Of a DNA stretch of 64,000 nt, positions 9,402 through 18,088 are shown in pieces. The first letter of the stretch is position 1. Each line of letters starts with the position of its first letter. Origin of the DNA: an uncultured bacterium (GTDB lineage Bacteria; Oederibacteriota; JAAXVQ01; JAUVAV01); the NCBI GenBank assembly GCA_963710755.1, contig CAVQBK010000006.1, positions 1 to 64,000 on the forward strand, read 5' to 3'. The translations under genes and the position numbers were made by a program. The notes under the pieces were generated by a model. That model made no database searches. It saw only the letters and a list, made by a program, of their open reading frames with translations, and was not told the DNA's origin.

Positions 9402-11030
9402 GGCACGTAGTTCCTCAAGGCTTTCCTCGACCGGCGGGTTATCTTTTGCAAGCTCTAAGCTTCCATAAGATTTTCAGCGTCCATTCTTGAATTAGCCCAT
9501 TGTGAAAGCAAAACTCTCTGCCAGTCTCTTGGAAGAGCTGTCAGTCCCCGGCTTACTTCCGGGGAGAGAGGGTTAAGGTTCTGCAATTGGGCTATCGTTA
9601 TTTTTTTATTGGCGACCATCGAGGCAAGGCTCTGCTGCTGAAAGGAAGTCAAATTTTCAGATAGCCGATGTAGTTTCTGCAACTCCTGCAATCCAATGGT
9701 TTTCGCAATGCGCGCCATCAACAGGGGTTCCTGGCATGGTTCAGGCAGGCCGTCAATGATTTTAATGTCCGCTTTGTCCATAGTGGTTTTTTCATATTGA
9801 TCACTTTCAAGGCGCCCTGCAAGCAGGGCGTTGAGCACAATCCATGCCATGGACGGGGGTAATTGATCCAATTTTTCATAGACTTGGGCATTTAGCCCAG
9901 CCGCTGTTTTCAAGTCGTCTTTTTTCAACTCTTTTTTATAAACAGCAGAGAGCAGCGGCCAGCGGTATGGTGCGGGCAACTGGAGCAAGGCCTCACTATT
10001 CTTTTGGGCGAGGTCAATGAGGCCGCGCAGATCATTCCTGGTATAACCGGCATCCTCCCAATGAGGAATAATGATACCCGCCAAGGCAGGATTTAGGCCG
10101 GACCAAAATCCAGCCATTGCGAGAATCCTTTTTCCCCAAAAGTGTATGAAGGGATACAGGACAGCCATTAATTGGTTTTCATCAGGCCTTTCATGGCCAT
10201 CATAGACTACCATAGCCTTGGCGGACGTTTTCACAGTGTCTGAAGGGACTGTTTTGGTCATGAGTTCTGCCGCGGCAGACTCTTCCGCAGTGCGCAAAGC
10301 GTGAGCCTGGGCCATCAAGGCACGCAGGCTGGTAATGCTTTCATCAGATGGCGGGTTGTCCCGAACAAGTTCGGCTGCATTCTTTAGGTCTTTAAGATCC
10401 AGTCTTTTATTGGCCCAATCTAAAAGCAAAGCTTCCTGCCAAGCCATGGGAAAAGCAGCCAGCTCCAGGCTTGCTGCTAACGCGAGGGGGGAAAGCTTGT
10501 CTAATTGGCTAACGTTTATTTTCACCTGGGCGACCATCAAGGCAAGGCTCTGTTGCTGATAAGAGGTCAAGTTCTTAAATAATTGGCTTTGATTCCTATA
10601 CGCATGTTGTAATTGTTGCAAGCCAAGCAATCTGACAGTTTCGGCAATGCGCGCCACCAGCAGGGATTCATGCCATGACTCAGGCAGGCCGGCAATGATA
10701 TCGATATCCGCTTTCGTCATGGTGGTTTGCCGATACTGGAGGCGCTTAAGGCTCTTAGTAAGCAGGGCGTTGAGCACGATCCAACGCATGGCCGGAGGCA
10801 ATTCACCCAATTTGGTATAGACGTCTTCTTTAAACCCGGCTGCTGTCGACAGGCTGTCCGCGGGCAACGCATTTTTGTAAACAGCAGAGAGCAGAGGCCA
10901 ACGGTATGGTTGGGGCAATTTGAGCAAGGCCACACTGTTGTCTTTGGCAATATTAATTAAAAAAGGCAGGTCCTCCTTGGTATAACCGCCATCTTTCCAA
11001 TGCGAAATGATGTCATCAGCCAGGGCTGGT
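9393..11030 (-). repeat. Internal domain duplication A in the giant protein (second copy spans the frameshift)
   Basis: PALADDIISHWKDGGY...LPQPYRWPLLSAVYK...DNPP...LRALMA versus PALAGIIIPHWEDAGY...LPAPYRWPLLSAVYK...DNPP...LRALMA. Confidence 0.85.
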
Positions 11031-14000
11031 TTCAATTGCTCCCCAATATAATCAGTGTATTGCGGCCTTTGACTTAAAATGGTCTGGATTTTCTCCAGTT
11101 GGTCCTTGGTTTGAACCGGAATTGGTGTTGCTAAATAATTTTCTATTTCGTCCGGTAGCAGGGCACTGGTAATAAGGCGGGATTGAATGGTGGGCGAAAG
11201 ACCTTTTTCTCTAAATCGTTTTAAAAGCACAACCAATTCCCGAGGAGGCCGGGAAGTTCTGAGCATGGCTAAGGCCAGCACTTCAGGTGCACCATATTGT
11301 TGCATCAGATCCAGCAGCTTCCATAGGTTGGAGACATCGTCATCAGTTGTTAAGATCGTGGCAATGACTTCAGGTGTGCACAGATAATCTTTGTGTCCGG
11401 ATAATTTCATCCGTAAATAGCCGTGGTTCCACAAGGACAAGTGCCCCGTAAATTGCACCCATCCGTCTTTGACAATAGCCGTAACCTGAGCATTCCTCGT
11501 AAATAAAGGGTGCCCCCCGCGCTCCATACTTTCCACCAAACAATAAAAGGTAAACTCATTCCACTGATCGTCGGCAATTTGTTTAAACGTCGCGGCTGTT
11601 ATTGGGGACAACCATTGGCGTTTCTCCATGGTGTCCACCACTTCTCGAAAAGACCGTAAGGGCTGGATCGCCATGTCTTTTTTGGAAGCCTTACGGCGGG
11701 GGCTTGTGGAGAAGGGGTGGGCCGGCCGGGCCTTAGCCAAGGCTGCGCGAAAAGTTCTTAAATCCAAGTTCCGGCTGACAATTTCTTCCAGGGTTTTCCC
11801 GGGCAACGGAGAAGCCAGCAATCTGGGGATCATGGCTTGTTGGGCTCCAAGTTTTATAAACTTGGGAATAATTTCATTTAATTCTTCGGTGGTTTTTTTG
11901 GACGTGATCACGGCAGCTGCAGCCGATGCCGTTAAACCATGATTTCTGATTAATTCAATCCTTGCCAAAAGATCTTCTTGAGACAACGGGCTAAGCAACA
12001 TGTCCTTCAGCACGGCGGAGGTGCAACTGTATTGGTTAGTAGCTTCAAGTTTTTCCCTCAAGTAAGGGTGATCCCACAAGAAAGCTTTGCTTTCAAATTG
12101 ATCCCAGCCCGCTTTTACCAAAGCCGTCATTTGATCGCGTGCCAGCCATTGAGATCGCTCGCGGCGAATATTAGTCAACAACTGTTCAAGTACCTGATCT
12201 TTGGTACGGGCACTGATCACCATCTGAGACAGGCTATTCTCCAAAGACGCCAATGTGTTCGGTGCCAGCCATTGTTGACGCTCCATTTTGGAGATCACCT
12301 GCTTACATTCAGGCGGCAGGACAACAGCCTCCTCGGGCGACACGATGGCGGCTTTGATCCGGCCCAGCTCTTCAACACTCAAACGATGGCCTAAAAACAG
12401 ATTAATAACCATTAATTGATAACGATAGCTGGGTTTGCCCAACAAGCAAACTCGCCCTTGATCAAGTTGGCGCAGGGTTTGTTTGATGGTTTCACTGTCC
12501 CAGTCTTGCCCAGGTTCTTTTCTAAAAAGACTTAGTAGTTGGTTTTGAATGTCCATTCTGATGTTCTGAGACATGCTCTGTGCCATCCAGGCACCCCATT
12601 GACTTTCCTGCCATAAGGCCTCAGCAGATTGATGTTGGAGAATCAAAACCCAATCATCCAGTGTGGCCTGACGGCGGCATAGCCTAATTAATACGGGCCC
12701 TCTGGGTCTGGTCTCCATGCCGGCAAGTAAATCCAAATAGTCCTGCAACAAGTCCACGCCGACACCGCTAAAAAGAACCTCCTCCTGGGCACGGGCGCTG
12801 ATCTCAGCCTTTGCCATCATTCCCAAGAGCCTATTGAGTTCTTCCCAGGGCCAGGCACATTCAATGGCCCTCCGTAAAATATTAGCTTCACTGCTGTTCC
12901 AGGTTTCCAAAATGGCTAAAATTTCATCGTCATTTCTGGTGGAATGCATGGCCGATTCCAAAACGACCTCCGGCAGATCCATATGGGTTTTCTTTTCCCA
13001 CTGAAGTATTTTCTTGAGGCGCTCCGGTTTTTGATAAAACAATTCAATAGGAATCTTATGTAGCGGGCTGGTTCCGGATTTCAACCGGGGGGCCCGATCC
13101 AACATATGCGAAAAAAAGACTTTAGCTTGGTCTGCCGTATCCAGTGGCTCTCTTTTTAAAAGCTCATCCACCACCGCCCCCTCTATCAGGCCTGATTCAG
13201 CCCATTGCCGTGCCACTGATCGAACCTGTTCTGTCAGGCTGGGCGGTGCGTCGAGTTTTTTGAAAAAGGGCTTCATGGTTGGCCATGATTTATTTTGAGG
13301 CAGGTGGGAAAGCGCCTTTTCAATTTGTCCGGCATTTAAGCTGGTATTTAATATATTAAACATCACATACGGTCTCAGATCCAACTTCTGCATGCGGTCG
13401 ATCAAGGTCTTCAGCTCCTCAGGCGCACGCCGTTTGTAGATCATATCGCGGGCATAGCTAAGGGAAAAGCCGTTCTCTCTAAGCACATTAAAATAATCCC
13501 TAAAATAAGCCGCATCCTTATCATCTACGGAAATCAAGCGGTATATGCATGTATGGGTCATGGTGGCATCTTTAGGACTCATATACTGGTCATGATAGGC
13601 TTTTTCCACTTCCACTATCAAAGGCCAGATGTCTTTCCTGGCCAGCAAGACCTTGAGGCCGCGGTTCTTCAGATTACTCATCTGTTGCTGGTCAAAAATG
13701 GGACTGTTTTTTTCCGCCAGCACCACCGGCCACTCATACTGCGGATGGCGAATGCGGCTCAGGATAATATCGAGGATTTTATCTTCATCAAGATCGATAA
13801 TAGGTATCGCTTCCAGCGCTGATGATGTTTCTGCTTTATTGATCCAATGAACTTGATCCAATTGATCCACCAACTGCAGGGCTTCGTTATACAACTGTGA
13901 GGACGGCTGTTGCTGATAAGCCGTCTTCTTCAAATCAACGATGGCCTGCTCAATATCACGGGCCGCATAATTATCCAGTAAAAATGTATAAATATCAGTT

Positions 14001-16342
14001 TCGTCAGCTTCAAGAATGGTCTCACCACGTTGATTAAGCCAGCGTTGCAGGGCTTGGCGGGCAGAAGGTCCTGGTTGGCCACCATTGCCGCCCGACCCAT
14101 TATTAGGTGATTCATGCCTTTCAAGCCACTGGAAAGGCTGGTCTCCCAACACAGGTACTGCCAAGCCCTGGCCCCATGGTTTGGTAAAAGTCAGGCCGGC
14201 CAACACCAAGGCTGTGGTCATTAACGCGAGTATGCTTGGTGCGGGATACTGCCCCAACAGCATAAGCAGTTCACGATGACTGTCTATTCCTGTCAGGCGA
14301 TAAAGACCAAGTAGGCTATTGACTATGGGTGACACCATGGTCTGAATCAAGGTATTCATGGTTTCCGGACGCAGCATGAGCCCTGCAGCCCAAAGGCCTG
14401 TTCCAACGACAGGCACCACCGCATGGGCACGTCCGGTCTGTTGCAGGGCAAGTGCCCAAACCTGGCCGGCGTCCGCCCGTACGGCCTGGAGGCCGCGCCT
14501 TATCAATGTGTAAGCCTGGCCGGGCAACCGCTTTACCACACCCCAGGAGGTCCATGATCGCCACGGGTTCCGCGCCACGCTGCCCGGTTGCATGGCCTCG
14601 GCCCTGGTGGGCAGATTATCGGCCACTTGATTTTCCCGGCAGGTGACCAGCTCCCACTGGCCGGGCAAAGGCATGATGCCCAGGTTTGGCGTTTTCCTCC
14701 GAAGGCTGCGCCTGAGGATGGCCTTTAAATCCAAAAGACGGCCGTCCTGGAGAACCGGGATGATTATGGCGCTGCTTTCAGGCGCACGCCGGGCTTGGGC
14801 AAAATCCAATTGCACCCCCCCATCTTCAGCATACCGAGCTTGCAGAGCCTGATAGGTATTGCTTAAACTCACCAAACTATGTCCGGTTTCAAGCTGATCA
14901 AAAGCCCAAACACTTTTCAGCAACAGTTCCAGCGAGCGCATCACGCCCCGTATTGGCATGGCCAGGTTGGCTAATGTTTTTGAAGCACCGTGGTCCATCA
15001 GCGGAAAATTGGTAGGCAAAGCGAAATGGATTTGATTTTGGCCCAACAATTGTTCCAAGGGGGTCATTTTCCTGGTAAGCAATTGAAAATAAGGATTAAC
15101 CATGTCCATCTTGGTCATTTGAGGCTGCAGCGCAATATAATTCATGCCGGCTGTTTTCATATCCTGCAGAATATCGTTGGTATGAAAGCCGCCGGTAATC
15201 AGGACCGCCAGAGGCACTGATTTTTGCTTGATGACCGCAATGGCTTTAGCCGCCAGAACATGGCTGCGCTGGTCAGCCTGCTTGTAAAAAATTCTGGCCT
15301 GGTCAATATAATCCCACAGCTTGGCCCAGCTCAACGGCTCCATCATGTCCTGTCCTTGCTGGCCGCGCAGAAACGCTTTGAAAGATTGGGCTGTATAATG
15401 TTCGGGATAGAGACGTAAAGCCTGCCACTCCTGCGGGTTCAAGGAAATGTTAAGCAGCCGCTCCAGGAGGCGGGCCCTCCCAATGAATTGGTCCAATCGA
15501 GTGGCATTTTCATTACGATACAGCCGCCGGCGCAGGGCTTGATCAAGGTGATCCATAGCAGCCAGAAGCGCATCCGGATCCTGACCCTGCAAAGAGGCAT
15601 CGCTGCTTTTGAGATAGGTCAGGATCTGCGGAAAGGCCTGCAAGGTCATCCCCTGCCGGCGTGCCGCCTGAGCCAAAAAGTAGGCATATTGCCTGAGACT
15701 GGTTTGGCCTTTTTGGTAATTTTCCCGACCTTGATCAAAGGCCGCAAGTTCAGGAGAGTAAAGGGCGGGTTTGAGCTGTTCCAAACGGTCGAGCAAGTCT
15801 TTAACCAAACCTTGGGCCTCATAATTAAAAAAGCCTTCCAAGGCCGCCTGGCTTTGATCATAGAGTGCCTGGTCTTCAACCCCTTCCAGCACCAGGGGCG
15901 AGGAACTCATGGCAGCGCTGTATTCGGCACCCGTAATTTTGCCTTGGCGCATCAAGTAGCGGCCGACCAATCTCTTGGCTTGCCGGTCTGGAAAACTGCC
16001 CAATTTCCCCACGTCAATCGCTTGGGAGGCCCCTTCCACCATCACCAGCGACAGATGATGGTTGGCCTTCAGATAGTCCAACAATTGACTGATATGCTGT
16101 TGAACTTCATACTGGCAATGCACATCGGCAATGTGAATAATGGTGGTCGGTCCTTGACCTTGGTGCACCGCGGTAATGCGGGCCATGGAGGCTGGAATCT
16201 TAAGAGGGGACCCTTGTATAACCGACGCTTGGAAGCCCGCCGATGGCATGGTGGTCAAAGACCAGGAAAAGTGAGGCATCAGCAACATTAGGGTATTGAA
16301 CAACACCAGGACGTTGGCCATGCGCCGCGTTAATCGTTTCAT
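9455..16342 (-). CDS. N-terminal part of a giant exported/membrane protein
   Basis: 2295-aa ORF with a signal-like N-terminus, motifs HIADVH, VEGA, ITGAEY, GVED and ITGGFH, hydrophobic segments near aa 640-720, and internal duplicated domains. Confidence 0.8.
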   Translation of the reverse strand: MKRLTRRMANVLVLFNTLMLLMPHFSWSLTTMPSAGFQASVIQGSPLKIPASMARITAVHQGQGPTTIIHIADVHCQYEVQQHISQLLDYLKANHHLSLVMVEGASQAIDVGKLGSFPDRQAKRLVGRYLMRQGKITGAEYSAAMSSSPLVLEGVEDQALYDQSQAALEGFFNYEAQGLVKDLLDRLEQLKPALYSPELAAFDQGRENYQKGQTSLRQYAYFLAQAARRQGMTLQAFPQILTYLKSSDASLQGQDPDALLAAMDHLDQALRRRLYRNENATRLDQFIGRARLLERLLNISLNPQEWQALRLYPEHYTAQSFKAFLRGQQGQDMMEPLSWAKLWDYIDQARIFYKQADQRSHVLAAKAIAVIKQKSVPLAVLITGGFHTNDILQDMKTAGMNYIALQPQMTKMDMVNPYFQLLTRKMTPLEQLLGQNQIHFALPTNFPLMDHGASKTLANLAMPIRGVMRSLELLLKSVWAFDQLETGHSLVSLSNTYQALQARYAEDGGVQLDFAQARRAPESSAIIIPVLQDGRLLDLKAILRRSLRRKTPNLGIMPLPGQWELVTCRENQVADNLPTRAEAMQPGSVARNPWRSWTSWGVVKRLPGQAYTLIRRGLQAVRADAGQVWALALQQTGRAHAVVPVVGTGLWAAGLMLRPETMNTLIQTMVSPIVNSLLGLYRLTGIDSHRELLMLLGQYPAPSILALMTTALVLAGLTFTKPWGQGLAVPVLGDQPFQWLERHESPNNGSGGNGGQPGPSARQALQRWLNQRGETILEADETDIYTFLLDNYAARDIEQAIVDLKKTAYQQQPSSQLYNEALQLVDQLDQVHWINKAETSSALEAIPIIDLDEDKILDIILSRIRHPQYEWPVVLAEKNSPIFDQQQMSNLKNRGLKVLLARKDIWPLIVEVEKAYHDQYMSPKDATMTHTCIYRLISVDDKDAAYFRDYFNVLRENGFSLSYARDMIYKRRAPEELKTLIDRMQKLDLRPYVMFNILNTSLNAGQIEKALSHLPQNKSWPTMKPFFKKLDAPPSLTEQVRSVARQWAESGLIEGAVVDELLKREPLDTADQAKVFFSHMLDRAPRLKSGTSPLHKIPIELFYQKPERLKKILQWEKKTHMDLPEVVLESAMHSTRNDDEILAILETWNSSEANILRRAIECAWPWEELNRLLGMMAKAEISARAQEEVLFSGVGVDLLQDYLDLLAGMETRPRGPVLIRLCRRQATLDDWVLILQHQSAEALWQESQWGAWMAQSMSQNIRMDIQNQLLSLFRKEPGQDWDSETIKQTLRQLDQGRVCLLGKPSYRYQLMVINLFLGHRLSVEELGRIKAAIVSPEEAVVLPPECKQVISKMERQQWLAPNTLASLENSLSQMVISARTKDQVLEQLLTNIRRERSQWLARDQMTALVKAGWDQFESKAFLWDHPYLREKLEATNQYSCTSAVLKDMLLSPLSQEDLLARIELIRNHGLTASAAAAVITSKKTTEELNEIIPKFIKLGAQQAMIPRLLASPLPGKTLEEIVSRNLDLRTFRAALAKARPAHPFSTSPRRKASKKDMAIQPLRSFREVVDTMEKRQWLSPITAATFKQIADDQWNEFTFYCLVESMERGGHPLFTRNAQVTAIVKDGWVQFTGHLSLWNHGYLRMKLSGHKDYLCTPEVIATILTTDDDVSNLWKLLDLMQQYGAPEVLALAMLRTSRPPRELVVLLKRFREKGLSPTIQSRLITSALLPDEIENYLATPIPVQTKDQLEKIQTILSQRPQYTDYIGEQLKPALADDIISHWKDGGYTKEDLPFLINIAKDNSVALLKLPQPYRWPLLSAVYKNALPADSLSTAAGFKEDVYTKLGELPPAMRWIVLNALLTKSLKRLQYRQTTMTKADIDIIAGLPESWHESLLVARIAETVRLLGLQQLQHAYRNQSQLFKNLTSYQQQSLALMVAQVKINVSQLDKLSPLALAASLELAAFPMAWQEALLLDWANKRLDLKDLKNAAELVRDNPPSDESITSLRALMAQAHALRTAEESAAAELMTKTVPSDTVKTSAKAMVVYDGHERPDENQLMAVLYPFIHFWGKRILAMAGFWSGLNPALAGIIIPHWEDAGYTRNDLRGLIDLAQKNSEALLQLPAPYRWPLLSAVYKKELKKDDLKTAAGLNAQVYEKLDQLPPSMAWIVLNALLAGRLESDQYEKTTMDKADIKIIDGLPEPCQEPLLMARIAKTIGLQELQKLHRLSENLTSFQQQSLASMVANKKITIAQLQNLNPLSPEVSRGLTALPRDWQRVLLSQWANSRMDAENLMEA
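11130..12300 (-). repeat. Internal domain duplication C in the giant protein
   Basis: MERQQWLAP...QMTALVKAGWDQF...LWDHPYLREKL versus MEKRQWLSP...QVTAIVKDGWVQF...LWNHGYLRMKL. Boundaries are approximate. Confidence 0.75.
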
Positions 16343-16457
16343 TTTTCCCTGCCTTTTTGATTTTTTCGAAGCGATGGCGCAATGGGTTTGGGATGGAAAA
16401 ACGGCTAAAATTGTAAAAAACCTGATGTTTTTGAATGGTTATGGGAAGCGATACGTT

Positions 16458-17165
16458 TTATTGTTTGACAACTTTCAGATCACTCAATACCACGGCACTG
16501 CTGATGGTCCCGCCGGGGGTAATAATGCGCGCAAAGATTTTTTTAGGCACTGCCACTTGATTAATGGTTTCATAGCCCAATTTCAATTCCATGGCCGGCA
16601 TGGATTCAACGGCCACAAAATTAATTTTGGTTACCAGTTTCTGATCAGGATCATAAAGAAATTCCACGGCCAAAGGGTTGCGCGCTGTGGATGAATCCGC
16701 TTTTTGGCCTTCTTTGTTCTTGTAATAGCCTTTGACTTTGATCAGGTTCCCTGCTTGCTTTTCCGAATGGTCTCTCTCCAGCCAAAATTGATTAAGAAAA
16801 TGGTAATAAAAAAGGTCGCTGTTCATACCAGCCGAAGCTTCCCGGAGGGGGACGGTTTGAAAAGGCCCGCCATTGAGGCTGACCTTTACGTCATTGCCAT
16901 TAATCCTGACTTCTTGGGGAGCCGGATCAGTGAGGCTCATGGTCACCTGATCAGGCGCGCTGTAATGATAGGACCCTGACTGGGTAATGGTCTGGCCGCC
17001 CACACCAAAGATGGACATTTGTAAATTGGCCTCAATGGAGCTCACCTGATCCTGATGAGCTTTTAAAGCGTTTAAAAGGGATTGCGGAGTTGTATCCACC
17101 GCCACGACCAGAGGGACCAGGCTAAAATTTAAAAATATAAGGAATATCCATTTCAGTGTTTTCAT
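16458..17165 (-). CDS. Exported LolA-fold (lipoprotein carrier/sorting-like) protein
   Basis: Signal peptide, then the LolA-like pattern SIEANLQM...SGSYHYSAPDQVTMSLTDPAPQEVRINGNDV and a C-terminal LGYETINQVAVPKKI...LSDLKV. Confidence 0.6.
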   Translation of the reverse strand: MKTLKWIFLIFLNFSLVPLVVAVDTTPQSLLNALKAHQDQVSSIEANLQMSIFGVGGQTITQSGSYHYSAPDQVTMSLTDPAPQEVRINGNDVKVSLNGGPFQTVPLREASAGMNSDLFYYHFLNQFWLERDHSEKQAGNLIKVKGYYKNKEGQKADSSTARNPLAVEFLYDPDQKLVTKINFVAVESMPAMELKLGYETINQVAVPKKIFARIITPGGTISSAVVLSDLKVVKQ

Positions 17166-17408
17166 AATTTCTCCTCACCTATGCCGCCATGTCTTGGACC
17201 CGAACATGTTTTTGGCGTTGTATCTCATTGATTGAATACCCATCCCTATTGACGCCAAAAGGTATAATCCGATAATATTGACGACATAAGGTTGAAAAGC
17301 ATAGACTGCCTAGTCTCCTACTTGGTTGAAGAACTATATCATACCGTGAGGCTGCTTTCAATTCAACAGCACATTTTGATGAGCACCGGGAAAAGTTGAG
17401 GGCAAAGC

Positions 17409-17446
17409 AAAAAAATAGGCACGAACCGCCAGGTCCATGCCTATTT
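17409..17446 (-). terminator. Probable intrinsic terminator of the Hdr/Qmo-like cluster
   Basis: Imperfect stem AAATAGGCA...TGCCTATTT followed by a T run on the minus strand, about 60 nt past the dsrE2-like stop. Confidence 0.55.
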
Positions 17447-17504
17447 CTCATGTTATTATTTAATTTAACTATTGTCTTTAATTTATTTATTTAGAATTAA
17501 TTAT

Positions 17505-18068
17505 TTAAAAAACTAAAGTGAATTTTGAATCTGCGGCCAGCCCGACATACGTGCCGACGCCGGCAAAATTAATATTAGGGTAGTCAATAAATTCCTCTTC
17601 CTTAAAGCCCATCAAATCCATGCTCATGGTGCAAATATGGAGTCTCACGCCCAATTCCCCGGCGGTTTGGATCAGCTTTTCCAAGGACATGACGTTTTTC
17701 TGTTTCATCAGTCCCCGGATCATTTTGGAGCCCATACCCGCCATCTCCATTTGGGACAGTTTTAATTTTTTGGAACCCGTAGGCAGCATCCAGCCGAACA
17801 TGGTGCTGATCAGGTTTTTACTGACATGTTTCTTGGGATCGCGGAATACGGAAATACCCCAGAACGTGACGAAGATGTCCACTTCCATGTCCGAGGCTGC
17901 GGCGCCATTGGCAATGATAAATGTGGCAATGGCCTTGTCCAGATCACCGCTAAAAAGCAATAAGGTCAGCCGGTCGGTTACCCCTTCCCCGGTTTTGTTG
18001 TTGGTTGCGGCTTTAATTTCAGCGAGCTGTTTTTCCAGATCGTCAATCTTTTTTTCCAGATCGGGCAT
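17505..18068 (-). CDS. DsrE2-type (DsrE/DsrF/DrsH-like) sulfur-carrier protein
   Basis: LLFSGDLDKAIATFIIANGAAA...FVTFWG, LSQMEMAGMG, conserved ICTMSMDLMG and AGVGTY. Start placed at MPDLEKK after an AGGAG RBS; the ORF track extends it to 18296. Confidence 0.9.
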   Translation of the reverse strand: MPDLEKKIDDLEKQLAEIKAATNNKTGEGVTDRLTLLLFSGDLDKAIATFIIANGAAASDMEVDIFVTFWGISVFRDPKKHVSKNLISTMFGWMLPTGSKKLKLSQMEMAGMGSKMIRGLMKQKNVMSLEKLIQTAGELGVRLHICTMSMDLMGFKEEEFIDYPNINFAGVGTYVGLAADSKFTLVF

Positions 18069-18088
18069 AGTGGGTTCTCCTTCTTGTC

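Noticed and set aside
9440-9470. Canonical programmed frameshift or stop read-through (Sec/Pyl) at the giant-gene break
   Set aside because: The downstream ORF is in a different frame, so read-through cannot join them, and no X XXY YYZ heptamer is visible.
15488-16291. 267-aa plus-strand ORF
   Set aside because: Antisense shadow of the giant gene with no recognisable motifs.
17179-17451. 90-aa ORF between dsrE2 and the LolA-like gene
   Set aside because: It overlaps a terminator hairpin and has no recognisable RBS or motif.
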